This document shows, piece after piece, positions 38,065 to 49,300 of a stretch of DNA of 64,000 nucleotides. The notes under the pieces were generated by a model. That model did not search any database. It was not told the origin of the DNA and saw only the letters and a list, made by a program, of their open reading frames with translations. Made by a program: the position numbers and the translations under genes. Location: assembly GCA_001643675.2 (NCBI GenBank), contig LSRY02000051.1:558001-622000 (forward strand), in the 5' to 3' direction. The stretch comes from Monocercomonoides exilis PA203 (lineage: Eukaryota > Protista > Preaxostyla). Each line of letters opens with the position of its first letter. The stretch's first letter is position 1.

Positions 38065-38215
38065 AATTTCAATGAAAAAGTCACCTATTGGTATCAAAAA
38101 TGTGATTGCTCATGATGAAAAATGAATGAAAAGTGCAAAAATTGTTTGTGCATCGAAAAAAGCGATTTCAACTGAAGTTGATTAAATAAGACGTGATTAT
38201 ATCTGGTTTTGACTG
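38065..38215 (-). mobile_element. Truncated, inverted and diverged third MITE copy (one TIR)
   Basis: GTGATTATATCTGGTTTTGACTG-TA at 38193-38217; the adjacent sequence is the reverse complement of the MITE left interior (TTTTCATTCATTTTTC). Confidence 0.75.
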
Positions 38216-38841
38216 TATTAACGGAGTCTTGTGTTTGTTTCCAAGATGATGAAATAAGTCGAATTTGAAATTTAATGTTGGTATTATATTGACATTTCTA
38301 CATCAAAAATTATTCAAAATCGAAAAACTTTCAACCAAAGTCGAAAGTTCGAAAAACTTCAAATTTTCAAAAAGATGACAAAAATTAATACAAGTCAAAA
38401 AACATTGTTTTTGTTGAAATATCAATCACATTTGTAATTATAATGATTTTTCATCTTTTTTCCGGTGTTATTCTTTGCTTTCTTTTGACCAATTACAAAT
38501 TTAAAATTATGAGAGAAATTTTGACATATTTTTATCTCATTTCAGTTGAAAGTAACCTTCTTCACAGAAAATTTACCATAGACAATTTTTATTTTTTTTC
38601 CTATTTTATGTAGAATGAAGATTACATTATTGACTCTCTTATTTAATGTTTTTTCATCACAAACAACTCATTTCTTATTGAAAAAAACAAATGTTCTAAG
38701 ATGTGTTTTGAGTTTATTTTTGAAATAATTTTGGTTCGAAATCTTCATTATTTGCAGAAATCTACAACGCAAACATTGCTGATAATATTTCCAAAAACAA
38801 CAGAATATTTTTATCTTTTGTGGAATACTTTTTATTTCACG

Positions 38842-38842
38842 T

Positions 38843-38879
<37 letters not shown>

Positions 38880-38904
38880 TTTTTTTTTTTTTTTTTTTTT
38901 TTTT
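38842..38904 (+). repeat. (TTTA)n microsatellite followed by a long poly-T tract
   Basis: Directly visible. Confidence 0.9.
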
Positions 38905-38912
38905 CAGTGAAA

Positions 38913-39026
38913 TTTTCGATTTCGATTGAAAGTTTTTCGATTTCGTTTACAACTTTTTCGACTTTGAATGAAAGTTTTCCGACTTTGAATAATAATTTTC
39001 GATTTTGATTGAAAGTTTTTCGACTT
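38913..39026 (+). repeat. About 5.5 copies of a 21-bp minisatellite (TTTTCGAYTTYGAWTGAAAGT-like), with an inverted partial copy near 38316-38347
   Basis: Units start at 38913, 38934, 38955, 38976, about 38997 and about 39017; AAAATCGAAAAACTTTCAACCAAAGTCGAAAG is the reverse complement of the unit. Confidence 0.75.
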
Positions 39027-40167
39027 AGAATTATTTTTGGTGTATCTGGAAATAAAATAATTAGAACTAATAATTAATATTTTGCTAATATTGTGATTAT
39101 TTTTGAAATCATAACTTTTTTCGGGTTGCAGATTTTTCAAACGATGCTTGTCATTGGGAAGAGCTTTCGAAATAAGATGCTAAATTTATCGCAACTGTTA
39201 AAAATATAAATGATTCATCTGAAATAAAGAAAAAAAGTTTCTTTATAGTGCTTTTTCACTTTTCAGTGATCATTAATCCATATGGCTAAATTTTTTTGAA
39301 AAGTGACATCAGATCAAAAATTTGACCCATGGAAGTTATTTTATTATCATTCCGTTTCCATAATTCTAATTAACAAAACAAACTTTCATAACAATGTTTG
39401 TTGGCTTATTGCAAACTTCTAAATGAGAAAAAATATTTTGAATCAAAAAATCATATATTCTGTTTTGTGATCAAAATTCAAATAGCTAATAAACAATGAA
39501 TATGATTTAACTTCTCTTAGTCCATATTGGAATCACTGAGTTCAAAAATGCTCAAGGTATGTTATAATTCAATTTTTACAGAAATTAAAGTTTTCTGTTG
39601 ATGTTTCTAATTTAAATTCGAACTGAAATTTGCATTGCCCAGACAAATAATTACATTTCATTCTCCAATTATTGCTTACGCATGTTAAAGGAAGCAATGA
39701 ATATATAAAGTTGAATGGTTTGCTGTTTTATTTAGAGTTGTGTTATTTATTCTTTATTTTTCAATTTTAACTTTCTGTATGGATGCATAATTTGCAATAG
39801 AGCACCATTTCAGAGATGCAAAATGATAAAAGATTATGGAGATATGAATTCGAATCCATTTGAAGGATGAGTGAGCAGTTTTAGGGAACGGAGAATAATC
39901 AATTGACGATAAATGGGAATTAGGATACTTACCAAATGCTTGCGATTCAACATCTCACTCAACTTCAGGATCAAGCAATCATATTGGTTCTTCATCTGTC
40001 CGTGTACTTTCTTCAATCTTTCCTTTCATGAACATTATTACAGTCAATGAATCAACGAAACACTTTTTAAAGAATATCATCTTTCGAAAAACGTTCCATA
40101 CAAGAAAAAGAATGGAATCAAAGTTTCAGTCAAAAAATGCTTGATAATGTGAGAGAGGTTCAACAGA

Positions 40168-42270
40168 ATGACCAATAAGGAAGAAAACGGCACTCACTTC
40201 AAAAAGAAATTAGTAGAAGACGAAAAGAACAGCTCAACCAAGAAAAAGGGACCAAAACTTGCAGACATCGGAGAGTCTGGTAGTGCAGACACGGATGAAG
40301 AAGCAGAAAAATCGGATGGAATTGTCAAAGCGAATTGGACAGCAAACGATGAGAGCGCATCTTTGAATGCATGTGCACTTTCCAAGTTCAGTCTGGTGAA
40401 GTCGTTTAAGTCGTAGCAATGGATTGCTCAGTCACAAAACCCAGCTTACCAGTCTGATGCATTTTCATAGACAGTTCTTTCACTCTAGTGTGGCAATTCG
40501 ATCAGCAGTTATATAACATCCATCGTGGGCACTCTGAGGACGTTGTCACCTTATGCCTCTGAGACGTCGCTGAGTCAGATTATGAATGCACTTCAGCAGA
40601 AATCAATCTCGCGCTTCATCTTCGCACTGACTGTGCTGTAGAACGAACAACTGCAGACTCTTCTCACACTGCGGCAGATGAGCGCCTTTCGAAAGTTTCC
40701 ACATGCTTTTTCGTGGCAGCGGAGGCGGATGGTGCTGGAGGAGTCGTACAAAAGCTACAAATCGTCCCGCGGAGAGATCAGAGAAATTGTCTCATCGAAA
40801 TCGTAGAGCAGCAAAAGAAAGTGCACCAAAATCTGATCAGAGGACATTCTGGCGCCGAGTGAACAAAAAGACACTCTCCCGCAGCTGTTCAACACGATCC
40901 ACGAGCTGTTCACTCCGCTTCTGTCTCTTCTAAAAGGCATCATCTGCTTTGAATCAGACGAACTCCCATTCGCCGAAAGAGCACCAAATGCGCCTGTCTC
41001 TCGTGTGCCTTCAGACATCCCTCACCCGCCGTCTATGAGTCTGCTTGTTCCCCTTTTTCAACATCTCTTCGATGCACACTTTTTCTGATCAATATCCAGG
41101 CAGACACTATTTAGAAATGCATGTTGGGATGTGCCCGCTTCTGAAGCGCTATCTTCTTTCGTATTTGTCAGTACTGCTTCTTCGGGCGTCTCAAGCGAAA
41201 CAGGAAATATTGAAGATATTTGCATTGTATTGCGCAATGAAACAGGAGCTTTTAAGCAAAGAAGCGATTTCTGTTGCAGCAGACGTTGCGCAGTTTTTGA
41301 TGATGTGTACGCATCCGATTGAGAAGGAGCTGATAGTCCCCCAAATGAAGAAGCTGAAGAGATTATTAGATGAAAGAAAGATGAACAAAACGAATGAAAA
41401 CGAAAAGACAATCGAAGACGAAGACAAAACGAAAAGCACATCAAAGAAAAAGGCAAAGAAAAACAAAAAGATAAAAGACGAATAAAATGCAGCAGTCACA
41501 GAAGAAGAAGAAGCAGAGGATGATCAGCCATATGTGCCGCTCAAGTCATTTTCGATACAAACTGTGCTGTGTTTGCAAAAGGAACATCAAACACATTCAC
41601 AAGATGCTTCGTCTTCAGAGGAAGAAAAAGGAATGAAAAATGACTCAAATGAAAAGAATGAAGCCATTTTTCCTGCACGTTCAAATTGGATAGCTGCCTT
41701 CATTGCATTATCAGAAATAATATTACAATGCACAGATGACAAAACAAAGAAAGCTTAAAGTGTCAATGAAGAATCAAAACATTTAGCTCATTCTTATGAA
41801 ATGTTCTCAAATGACTGAACTTTTTCTGATCTGGTTATGAATTTTGCAGGAAAATAAGCAAAAGAGTTGCCTGTTTTCAATCAGCTCTTTTTGATGAATA
41901 AAAAAGTGAGCAGAATTGAAGATGACGATTCATTCAATGATAATCCATTTGAACATTCTAATACATTTGAACGGATATCTTCTTCATCATCCTCTTTATC
42001 CTCCTCTTATTCCGAATCCTTTATCCTCCAACTTTTTCTTTTTCCTCCTCTGTCTTTTTGTTTTCAACGAAACCTTTCAACGAACTCAAATGCCGTTCCT
42101 CTTCATTAGGCTTCACCGCAAACATATGCAAACAGCAAATATCGTCCTGAAGAATCTCCAAGCGAAACAGCGTTCTGACAAGCGAATAAATCGCTGCTCT
42201 GTTCATCGCAATCATAAAGTCTAAAAATATCTCTGTGAAGAAAGGCAGCATGCACGGGTGATCACACATA
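40168..42270 (+). pseudogene. Degraded protein-coding sequence of unknown family with many in-frame stops
   Basis: Coding-like composition continues through in-frame TAGs at 40414, 40468, 40486, 40639 and 40804, then in a second frame through stops at 41483, 41756, 41816, 41855 and 42107. Confidence 0.65.
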
Positions 42271-43199
42271 ATGGAAACAAATTCTCCACTCTGGGAGCCT
42301 CCAATGGAATGAACCTCTTCCCCACCTTTCAGTTAGAATTTCTTCCCTAACCAGGAAAACAGAGAGTCTGGAAGATCCATATAATTTCTATGGAACTCTG
42401 CCAGCGAAGTCTTCTGCAGCGCAGCTGGAGCGGACGAGGTCAGAAGAGTGGAAGAAGCAAAAGAGAGCTTTAACAGGTGAACACTTGTTGAATGCAGCTC
42501 CGATGGTCAAACGCCAAGGAGCTGCTCACGTCATGGAATTGTGTATTGAAGACTGCAATGGAGTGCATTAAAAGCTGTGAAGTATTGTGAGAAGGAGGCT
42601 TCTCGGAAGCTGCTTTGCTTTGACCTTTTGACTTGGATGAATGAGAAATTCGGAGCGAAGGGATGTGCAGGTACAAAAGACTGCGGATTTGCTGGAAAAA
42701 TGAGCACACTTGCGAGAGGATGGCAGTGACGGACTGACCTGTTGAAACTGACCTGTCAGTGGAGCTGTCCTGAAGCTGAAAAGGAACAAATGTGTGTGTT
42801 CTGAATGATCGTTCGTTGATTAGCATTCTCCTGATTTTTTAGGATGCGCTTCTTCAGCCTCTCCTGTCATCTTCATTATCGCACTCAACTTTATCATCAT
42901 ATTCTTCTTCCTCTTCTTCCTCTTCTTCCTTCTCCAAATCAATGATCTGCCCTCTCTCCCTGGCTCCTCATTCATCCCCAAATCATTCGTAGACATTTCC
43001 ACCTGTTCCACATCTTTTTCCACTTCCTCTGAACTTCTATCTGAAGTTATACCCAAATACCCATCTGCTTCTTCTTCTTCTTCTTCTGATCTCCTGTTCT
43101 CCTGTTGAATGCCATTGGATGGAGAAGAACTGCACACTTCAGATTTCATTGAATGCTGATTGTCTGCACCCTCCTCAACCTCAGCTTCTGCCCCCGCCT

Positions 43200-43930
43200 T
43201 CATTAACCTCAGCCGACTCAGCTCAAGCGCCTCCACAACCAGCAGCTCCATCGCTTCTTCCAGCTTTGCCTGCATCTTTTTTATTCTTTTCACAAACTTT
43301 CGGTGCGCTATCAGATACCAGCCTTTCACTCCATTTTCTTTTTCCTCCCTCTTCCTCTTCGCGCTCCTCCGGCACCGCAAGCGCAATCGCCGCTGGAGAC
43401 AGAACCACATCCTCCGTCCTCAGCCCCACCTCTGACAGCCCCTTCTTCACAATCTCCCCCACTTCACACACTGCGACCCCTCACCCCATCATTTCCTTGT
43501 CAAACTTCATCATCACATGTCACGACTGCAGTAATCGCCATATCTGCAGTGGAGAGTCAAGCAGATCGTACATCAGCAGGAGCACATTCACATCTTCCTC
43601 TGCAAAGATCCGCTTGCTCACCGACTTCGTTCCCATCAAAGATGAAAGCAACGGAAGCTGCCCCACCAGCGGAACCGAAAGCATCGCTGAAAGCTCCACA
43701 TCGTATGCACACACAACACCCCCATGCAGCACCGCCCGCCGAGCCACAACATATCCCAGCAGCGTCTGCAGCGCCCGTGGCTACAGCAGCAGCAGCAGCG
43801 ACAGCGGCATGTGCCGCCCATACACCCCAGCTGCCTCTGGCACCACAATCCGAAGCCGCCTCTTGAAGTCGTCCATCGCTCCTGCTGGTGCGTATGATGC
43901 TGCCACCATCACCGAGGCATTCGATGGATA
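43200..43930 (-). pseudogene. IQCH (IQ motif-containing H)-like gene fragment with nonsense codons
   Basis: RLRIVVPE...HMPLSLLLLL*PRALQTL...GGVVCAYDVELSAMLSVPLVG...LMGTKSVSKRIF...MMKFDKEMMG*GVAVCEV follows the IQCH pattern (recalled, not searched). Confidence 0.6.
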
Positions 43931-46311
43931 AATCGCAGGCGCTGATGAAGATACGGATGATTTATTACCCCTTTGGCATTCTTCTCTTTTCTTCCCGACA
44001 TCTAGATTGCAGAGCCAAATTAGAGTTATGCTCCAGTTGGAGAAGAAGATGAGGATAGAGAAAGTGATAAAGGAACTGAGCGAAGCTTTAACTGCAGTGA
44101 ATGATCATCCTCCATAAGTTTTTCAGTTACCCCCACAACGTCTGTCGATAGCTCTTCCTAAACAGAAACACAGCATCCCCGTCAGGATCAGAAATATAGA
44201 TAATCGGACAATGCTCACCGTTTTCGTGCGATAAGAACTTTTAAACCATTTCTTCTCCTTGTAATGAATGAAAGTGAAAAGAAAAAGATAAGAAAAAAGC
44301 AAAAGAGAAAATTTCCTCCACAAAAGATGTGATTCGTCATTTGATTCAAAAAATGATTAATATCATTTTGAATTTTTGATTTCAAACCTTTTGATATTTT
44401 AATTGCAGATTTTATTCAATTTTAATTAAACATATGTAATCGATAAATATATTCAAATTCTTGAATTTTATTTTTCAATCATGAGCATTGAAACGTTAAA
44501 ATTTTCATGATCATTAACTTTCAAAAATATAACACAAAATATACAACTTTTCACTTTTTCGTTTTTTCAACTCATTGAAATGTTCAAATGGTTATAATTA
44601 TTCAAAAAATCAAAATGTCTATTTGAATAAACGAAACAAAAAAGGTCTATATTTGTGGAAATAATTGTTTACCACAAGTTACAACTGACTGTTTATTATT
44701 TAAATAAAAAATGAAAAGTTAGTAAAAAGATTATATGAAATAGATGAATTTGAAGCTTCATATTTTATAATGCCTTTTAAAAAAATACAATAAGAAATGA
44801 TAAACAATATATGATGGGATAGGAATGATCGATATTTTTTGATCAATTGTGATCTTTTGTGGGACAACATTAAAGAAGAGGAACTTTTCAAAAAAATTTT
44901 GCCATATTTTAGCAGAAATTTTAGAACCGAAATTTCTGAAATGAAAGAAAATGATTTCAAAAATAATTTCCCATTTGCAAACGAATTTAAAAAATTTTCA
45001 AACAAAATAGTAATTTTTGCATACGAATTAATAATAACTTAAAACCTATCAAAATTTTCTTTTCTCTCTCATGATATTTTGTGATGGTCAGTTTTTCACT
45101 TTGGAAACGGAAATTATTTTGTGTTTTTATGATTTTCATGTGTATGAGAAATTTTTATGATATAATTCATTTTTTCCTGAAAATTATTATTATATCAAAT
45201 AATTTTAATTCCTATGAAAACAGAAGATATTTTCATTTTGAATTCAAAAATTTTTATTTCGTTTGAAAATTTTCCATTTCAAACACAAAAATTATAAATT
45301 GGAATGCAAAATTATTTTGTTAGAAAAATTTTTAACTCGTTTGCAAAATTGTTAATTGGTTTGCAAAAATTCTCATTTTGAATAATTTTTGGTGTATTAA
45401 TAAAAAAAGGTAAAAAAGCATGATAATTGTTATTCAAAACAAATGTTTCAGCTGAATAATAGACAACAATTTCTTTTATTCGCCTTTTTGCTTTTCTATT
45501 TTCATTTGATTTTATTCGAGAGAAATGTTCGAATCGTCATTTTTGTGTGAAAAAACATGATTTCAGAAATAATCATACAAGTGTCAAACGTAATTAAAAG
45601 AAATTGAACGATATAATTATTTTGGCTCTTTTTTGTGTCACCTTTTCGTTTTTTTGACTAATTATCAAACAGAAATATATGATGCAAAAAACATGTATTT
45701 GTATGTGATGACCCGATCAAATAAAACAAAAATAGCATCCCAATACCAAAAATGTAAATGAATAATCACACATTTATTTACAAGCTTCATATTTTTATAA
45801 AATTTTGAGAAAAGGAGGCATTTTAAAATATCAATAAGAAATATGCATTTTGAAATTTTTTTAAAATTGAAAAAACAGCTCGAAGCATATGAAATGATGG
45901 CTATTGATATGTTTGAAACTGCACATAGCAGTTAAAAACTTATCTGTCCGAGCTATTTCTTCTTCTTCTTCTTCTTCTTCCGAAAATTATAATAAAAGAG
46001 AACCAATAAAATTTGTGGCCATTCTGCAATTGTATGGATCAAAGGAGCAACACCACTATCCATTTCATCCGGCCAAATAAAAACTTTTCCCCACACAACA
46101 CGCATATCCCCAATTCATTTAAAGAAATCCAATCTCTTTCTCCGTTTGGTGTTCAAAGCAGGCAAGGTTTGTTACTGACAGGTGTGCGTAATACTGGTTC
46201 CAACAACTCCAATGCAACATGCTCCATTTATTAACAGACCACAGCTTGGGCTTTTGGCTGTCAAAGCGACCATTTCTCTTTATTGGCTTCGAGCTTGTAA
46301 CTTCTTCTTTT

Positions 46312-49300
46312 TCATCGATCTCGAATGGTTGTTGGTTCAGTCGTCCAGCCTTCTGTTTCACTTTCTGTTTCACTTTCTGCTCCGCTTCTCGCATTGTTCG
46401 GGTTCTCGGTGAATAGTGCATCTGCAATCGTGAATATGAACGCATCTTTCGGGAGATGTTGCACAAACACTTTCTTCAAATCCACAAGCGAAGGCCGCTC
46501 GCTCTCTTCGCTCGACAAGCAGCCTCTTGCCACATAGCAGAATTCACTTCCCTCTACATGCTTCATATTCGGCCTCTCCTCATTTAAGATTTTCTGCCCA
46601 GCCACTTCTGCCTCATAATCACCAAACGGAATCTGCAGCGTCAAACACTCCCACAGCATCATTCCTATCGAAAACACAACTGATTCCTTTGTTGCTCCCA
46701 TCTTCTTGTTGATCAGCAGCTCAGGCGCCTTCCACCTCAGGCACTCTTTTTTGAAACTATCTTCATCCTCAAAGGCAGATGAGGGCAGAGAGTCTTCATC
46801 ATCATCATTGCCACTGGCAGATGTTACAACTGTTGATGATGAGATGGAAGAAGAGTCTGAATCATCGGATGAAAGGAAATCGGAATGCATCACAATGCAG
46901 ATCACCATGTGTTCAGAAAACAACACAATGTGAGGACTGAGATTGGCCAATGACTGAAGCTTGTTTTCCATTTCATCAAATGAGTGAAGAGCGAGATTAG
47001 CCACCCAGAACAGGATTTGAGCAGCTGTTTGCTCTCTTTCTTTCAAGGAGCCAATCGGCATCTCCTTTGTCTTGTTGCTCCCATGCAGCAGCATGAACAA
47101 AGAATCCCTCAGATCCACAATCAGCTTCTCATGAGGCGATGAACAGGCCATTGCATCCACCAGATTCGACATTGATGAAGTGGTTGGGCACATACTCTCC
47201 GATCGAACAAATGTTGAATCTGAATCAGTTGTCGAAGTGGTGGAAGTGGATGAAATGGATGGAGAAGGAGATCTCTTTCTCACCTCTTCCTCATCTTCCT
47301 TCTCCAATGCCCATTCTGGAATCTTGTCTGAATCCTTTCCAAGGATATATTCAGTGGAACCACTCTCACTCAACAAATGCTCCGATGACTCTGAATGTTG
47401 CATATTCGTCTCATACACCCTCTTCTTCATCCTCTCATCATTCTTCTTCTCTGCCTCCCTCTCTGCTCTCCTCCATTGCTCTTCAGGTGACATCTCCATC
47501 GTCACCATCTCAATCAGCTTTGGATCTTTTCTGATATTATCATTCACAATCTCTCTCAGATCTTCGGCTTCATTCTTCACTTTTCTCCAACGAACAGTAG
47601 AAATCACAGCAATCATCAAAACAACAAAAAGAACAATTGCCATAACAATTACAACCAGAATCCACCACGACTTCTTCTCATTTCCACCTTCAACGATCCT
47701 TTCATCTCCTTTTTGTTCCGGCTCACTTCTATTCTTCAGAATGAATGACTGGGTTGATGAGGGAGAATCGGCATTCCCAAACAGAACGCATAAACTAACT
47801 TCAGTCTCTTCTCTCACATTCTCCAATTGTGAAGATGTTGCGACTGTTTGTATTTCATTTTCTGAAGAAAATCCATCTTTGTTTATCTCGTGGAGTTCAA
47901 TGAATTCCTCGTCTCCACTTGTGAAGCACAATTTCAAGGTCAGGTTGCAAGGAAGAAGAAGCTCCCCAAACAGGGTCAGATTTGTTGCACCAGAGGATAT
48001 TGGTGAGCTCTTCACTTCATGCAGCACAGGGATAAACAGTGCCGATGGTCTCTCGCTGGCTATTCCGCTCAGCTCACATCCGTCATTCAAGATCCACAAT
48101 GAGGAATCTGGCAAAACTCCATCCCCTGCTTTCACACTTGCCATATCGAGCTTGGTCGAATCAGAGCACAAAATATTTCTTCGAGCTGAAGGATACAGCT
48201 CAATCGCTGGATTGTTGTTCACAAACTCGCCTTTCTCGATTCTCATTGTTCCCCCTCTTGCTGAAAGGCCACCATCATCAGAGTTTGTGAAAGTCGTGTC
48301 ACTTATCACTGATTTGCTTTGAACCACATCCACAAGCGATCCGTTCCATTCGCAAATGAAGGGATCGACATTGCTCATGTGCGGCCCATCTGTTTCTATT
48401 TGCTTTTCTCCATCAAACAGGCATCCTTTAATCTCTATATCTTTGCAAAACGACAAAGAAGCAATGCTTCCCGTTGTTTTGCGTGTTTGGCATCTTGCAA
48501 ACGAGCAATTGGACAATTTCGCAATGGAGTCAAATCGTTCAATTCCAATTACGCTTGCATCCTCTCCCACACATGTGATATTCTCAATGAAAGAAAGCGA
48601 CAAAGAAAATGAAGCTGATGAAGTCTCTTCATTCAAACTCTTGCTCTCGCCTCCATTGACTGCAATAAAGCATCCACTGCGCACTTCCACTCCATTTACA
48701 TCCAAATTCTCCATCTTCACTGATGCATTTCCACTGATCTGCACAAAATCCTTTTCAACTTCCACATTTTTGACAACAAGATTGTTGACTTCCGTCGACT
48801 TCTTGATACAGACGGCAGCGTCGCATTCAAACGAAAGCGAAGAAATGTTCACCTTGTTCAGGAAACATTCGCCTCCATCGATTGAGAGCAGACAAAATGG
48901 AAGAGATCTTTTTGATCCTCCAAGCAAGTTTCCTGCCTCGAATGAACATGCATTTAGTGTTGCCTTGCCAGAGTCAACCTTCAAGAAAGAAGTGCGCTCT
49001 GTTTGCAACACAATCTCAAATACGAACAGAAGGGATTGTAGCTGCACATTGCCACTTGTGCGAACCACGAAATCCTCAGATCCCTTTATTTCTCCTTTCA
49101 CAGTCACAATGCTGCCATTCTCCTGCAATCCCCTTAGCGTCAATGTCTCGAGCACAACTTCTTCGTCCACAATTGACTCCTCATCGACAAACAGCTGACT
49201 GAAAAAATCATGAGTCAGATGCCGCAGCCCAAACCCGATTGTGGCACATGGCAGCTTCGGTTTTCCACACTGCTGCTCATTGCTCCCTCCGTTCCCTTCT

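Noticed and set aside
38913-39026. CRISPR-like array
   Set aside because: Degenerate contiguous tandem units with no unique spacers, no cas genes, eukaryotic context.
40414-42109. TAA/TAG reassigned to Gln, as in some oxymonads
   Set aside because: RPS11 and TrxR end in TAA at conserved positions, and ORFs of 3014 and 2555 codons contain no internal TAA/TAG. The stops are better explained by decay.
44700-45266. Short ORFs in the AT-rich spacer
   Set aside because: No recognisable motifs; consistent with chance ORFs or unidentifiable debris.
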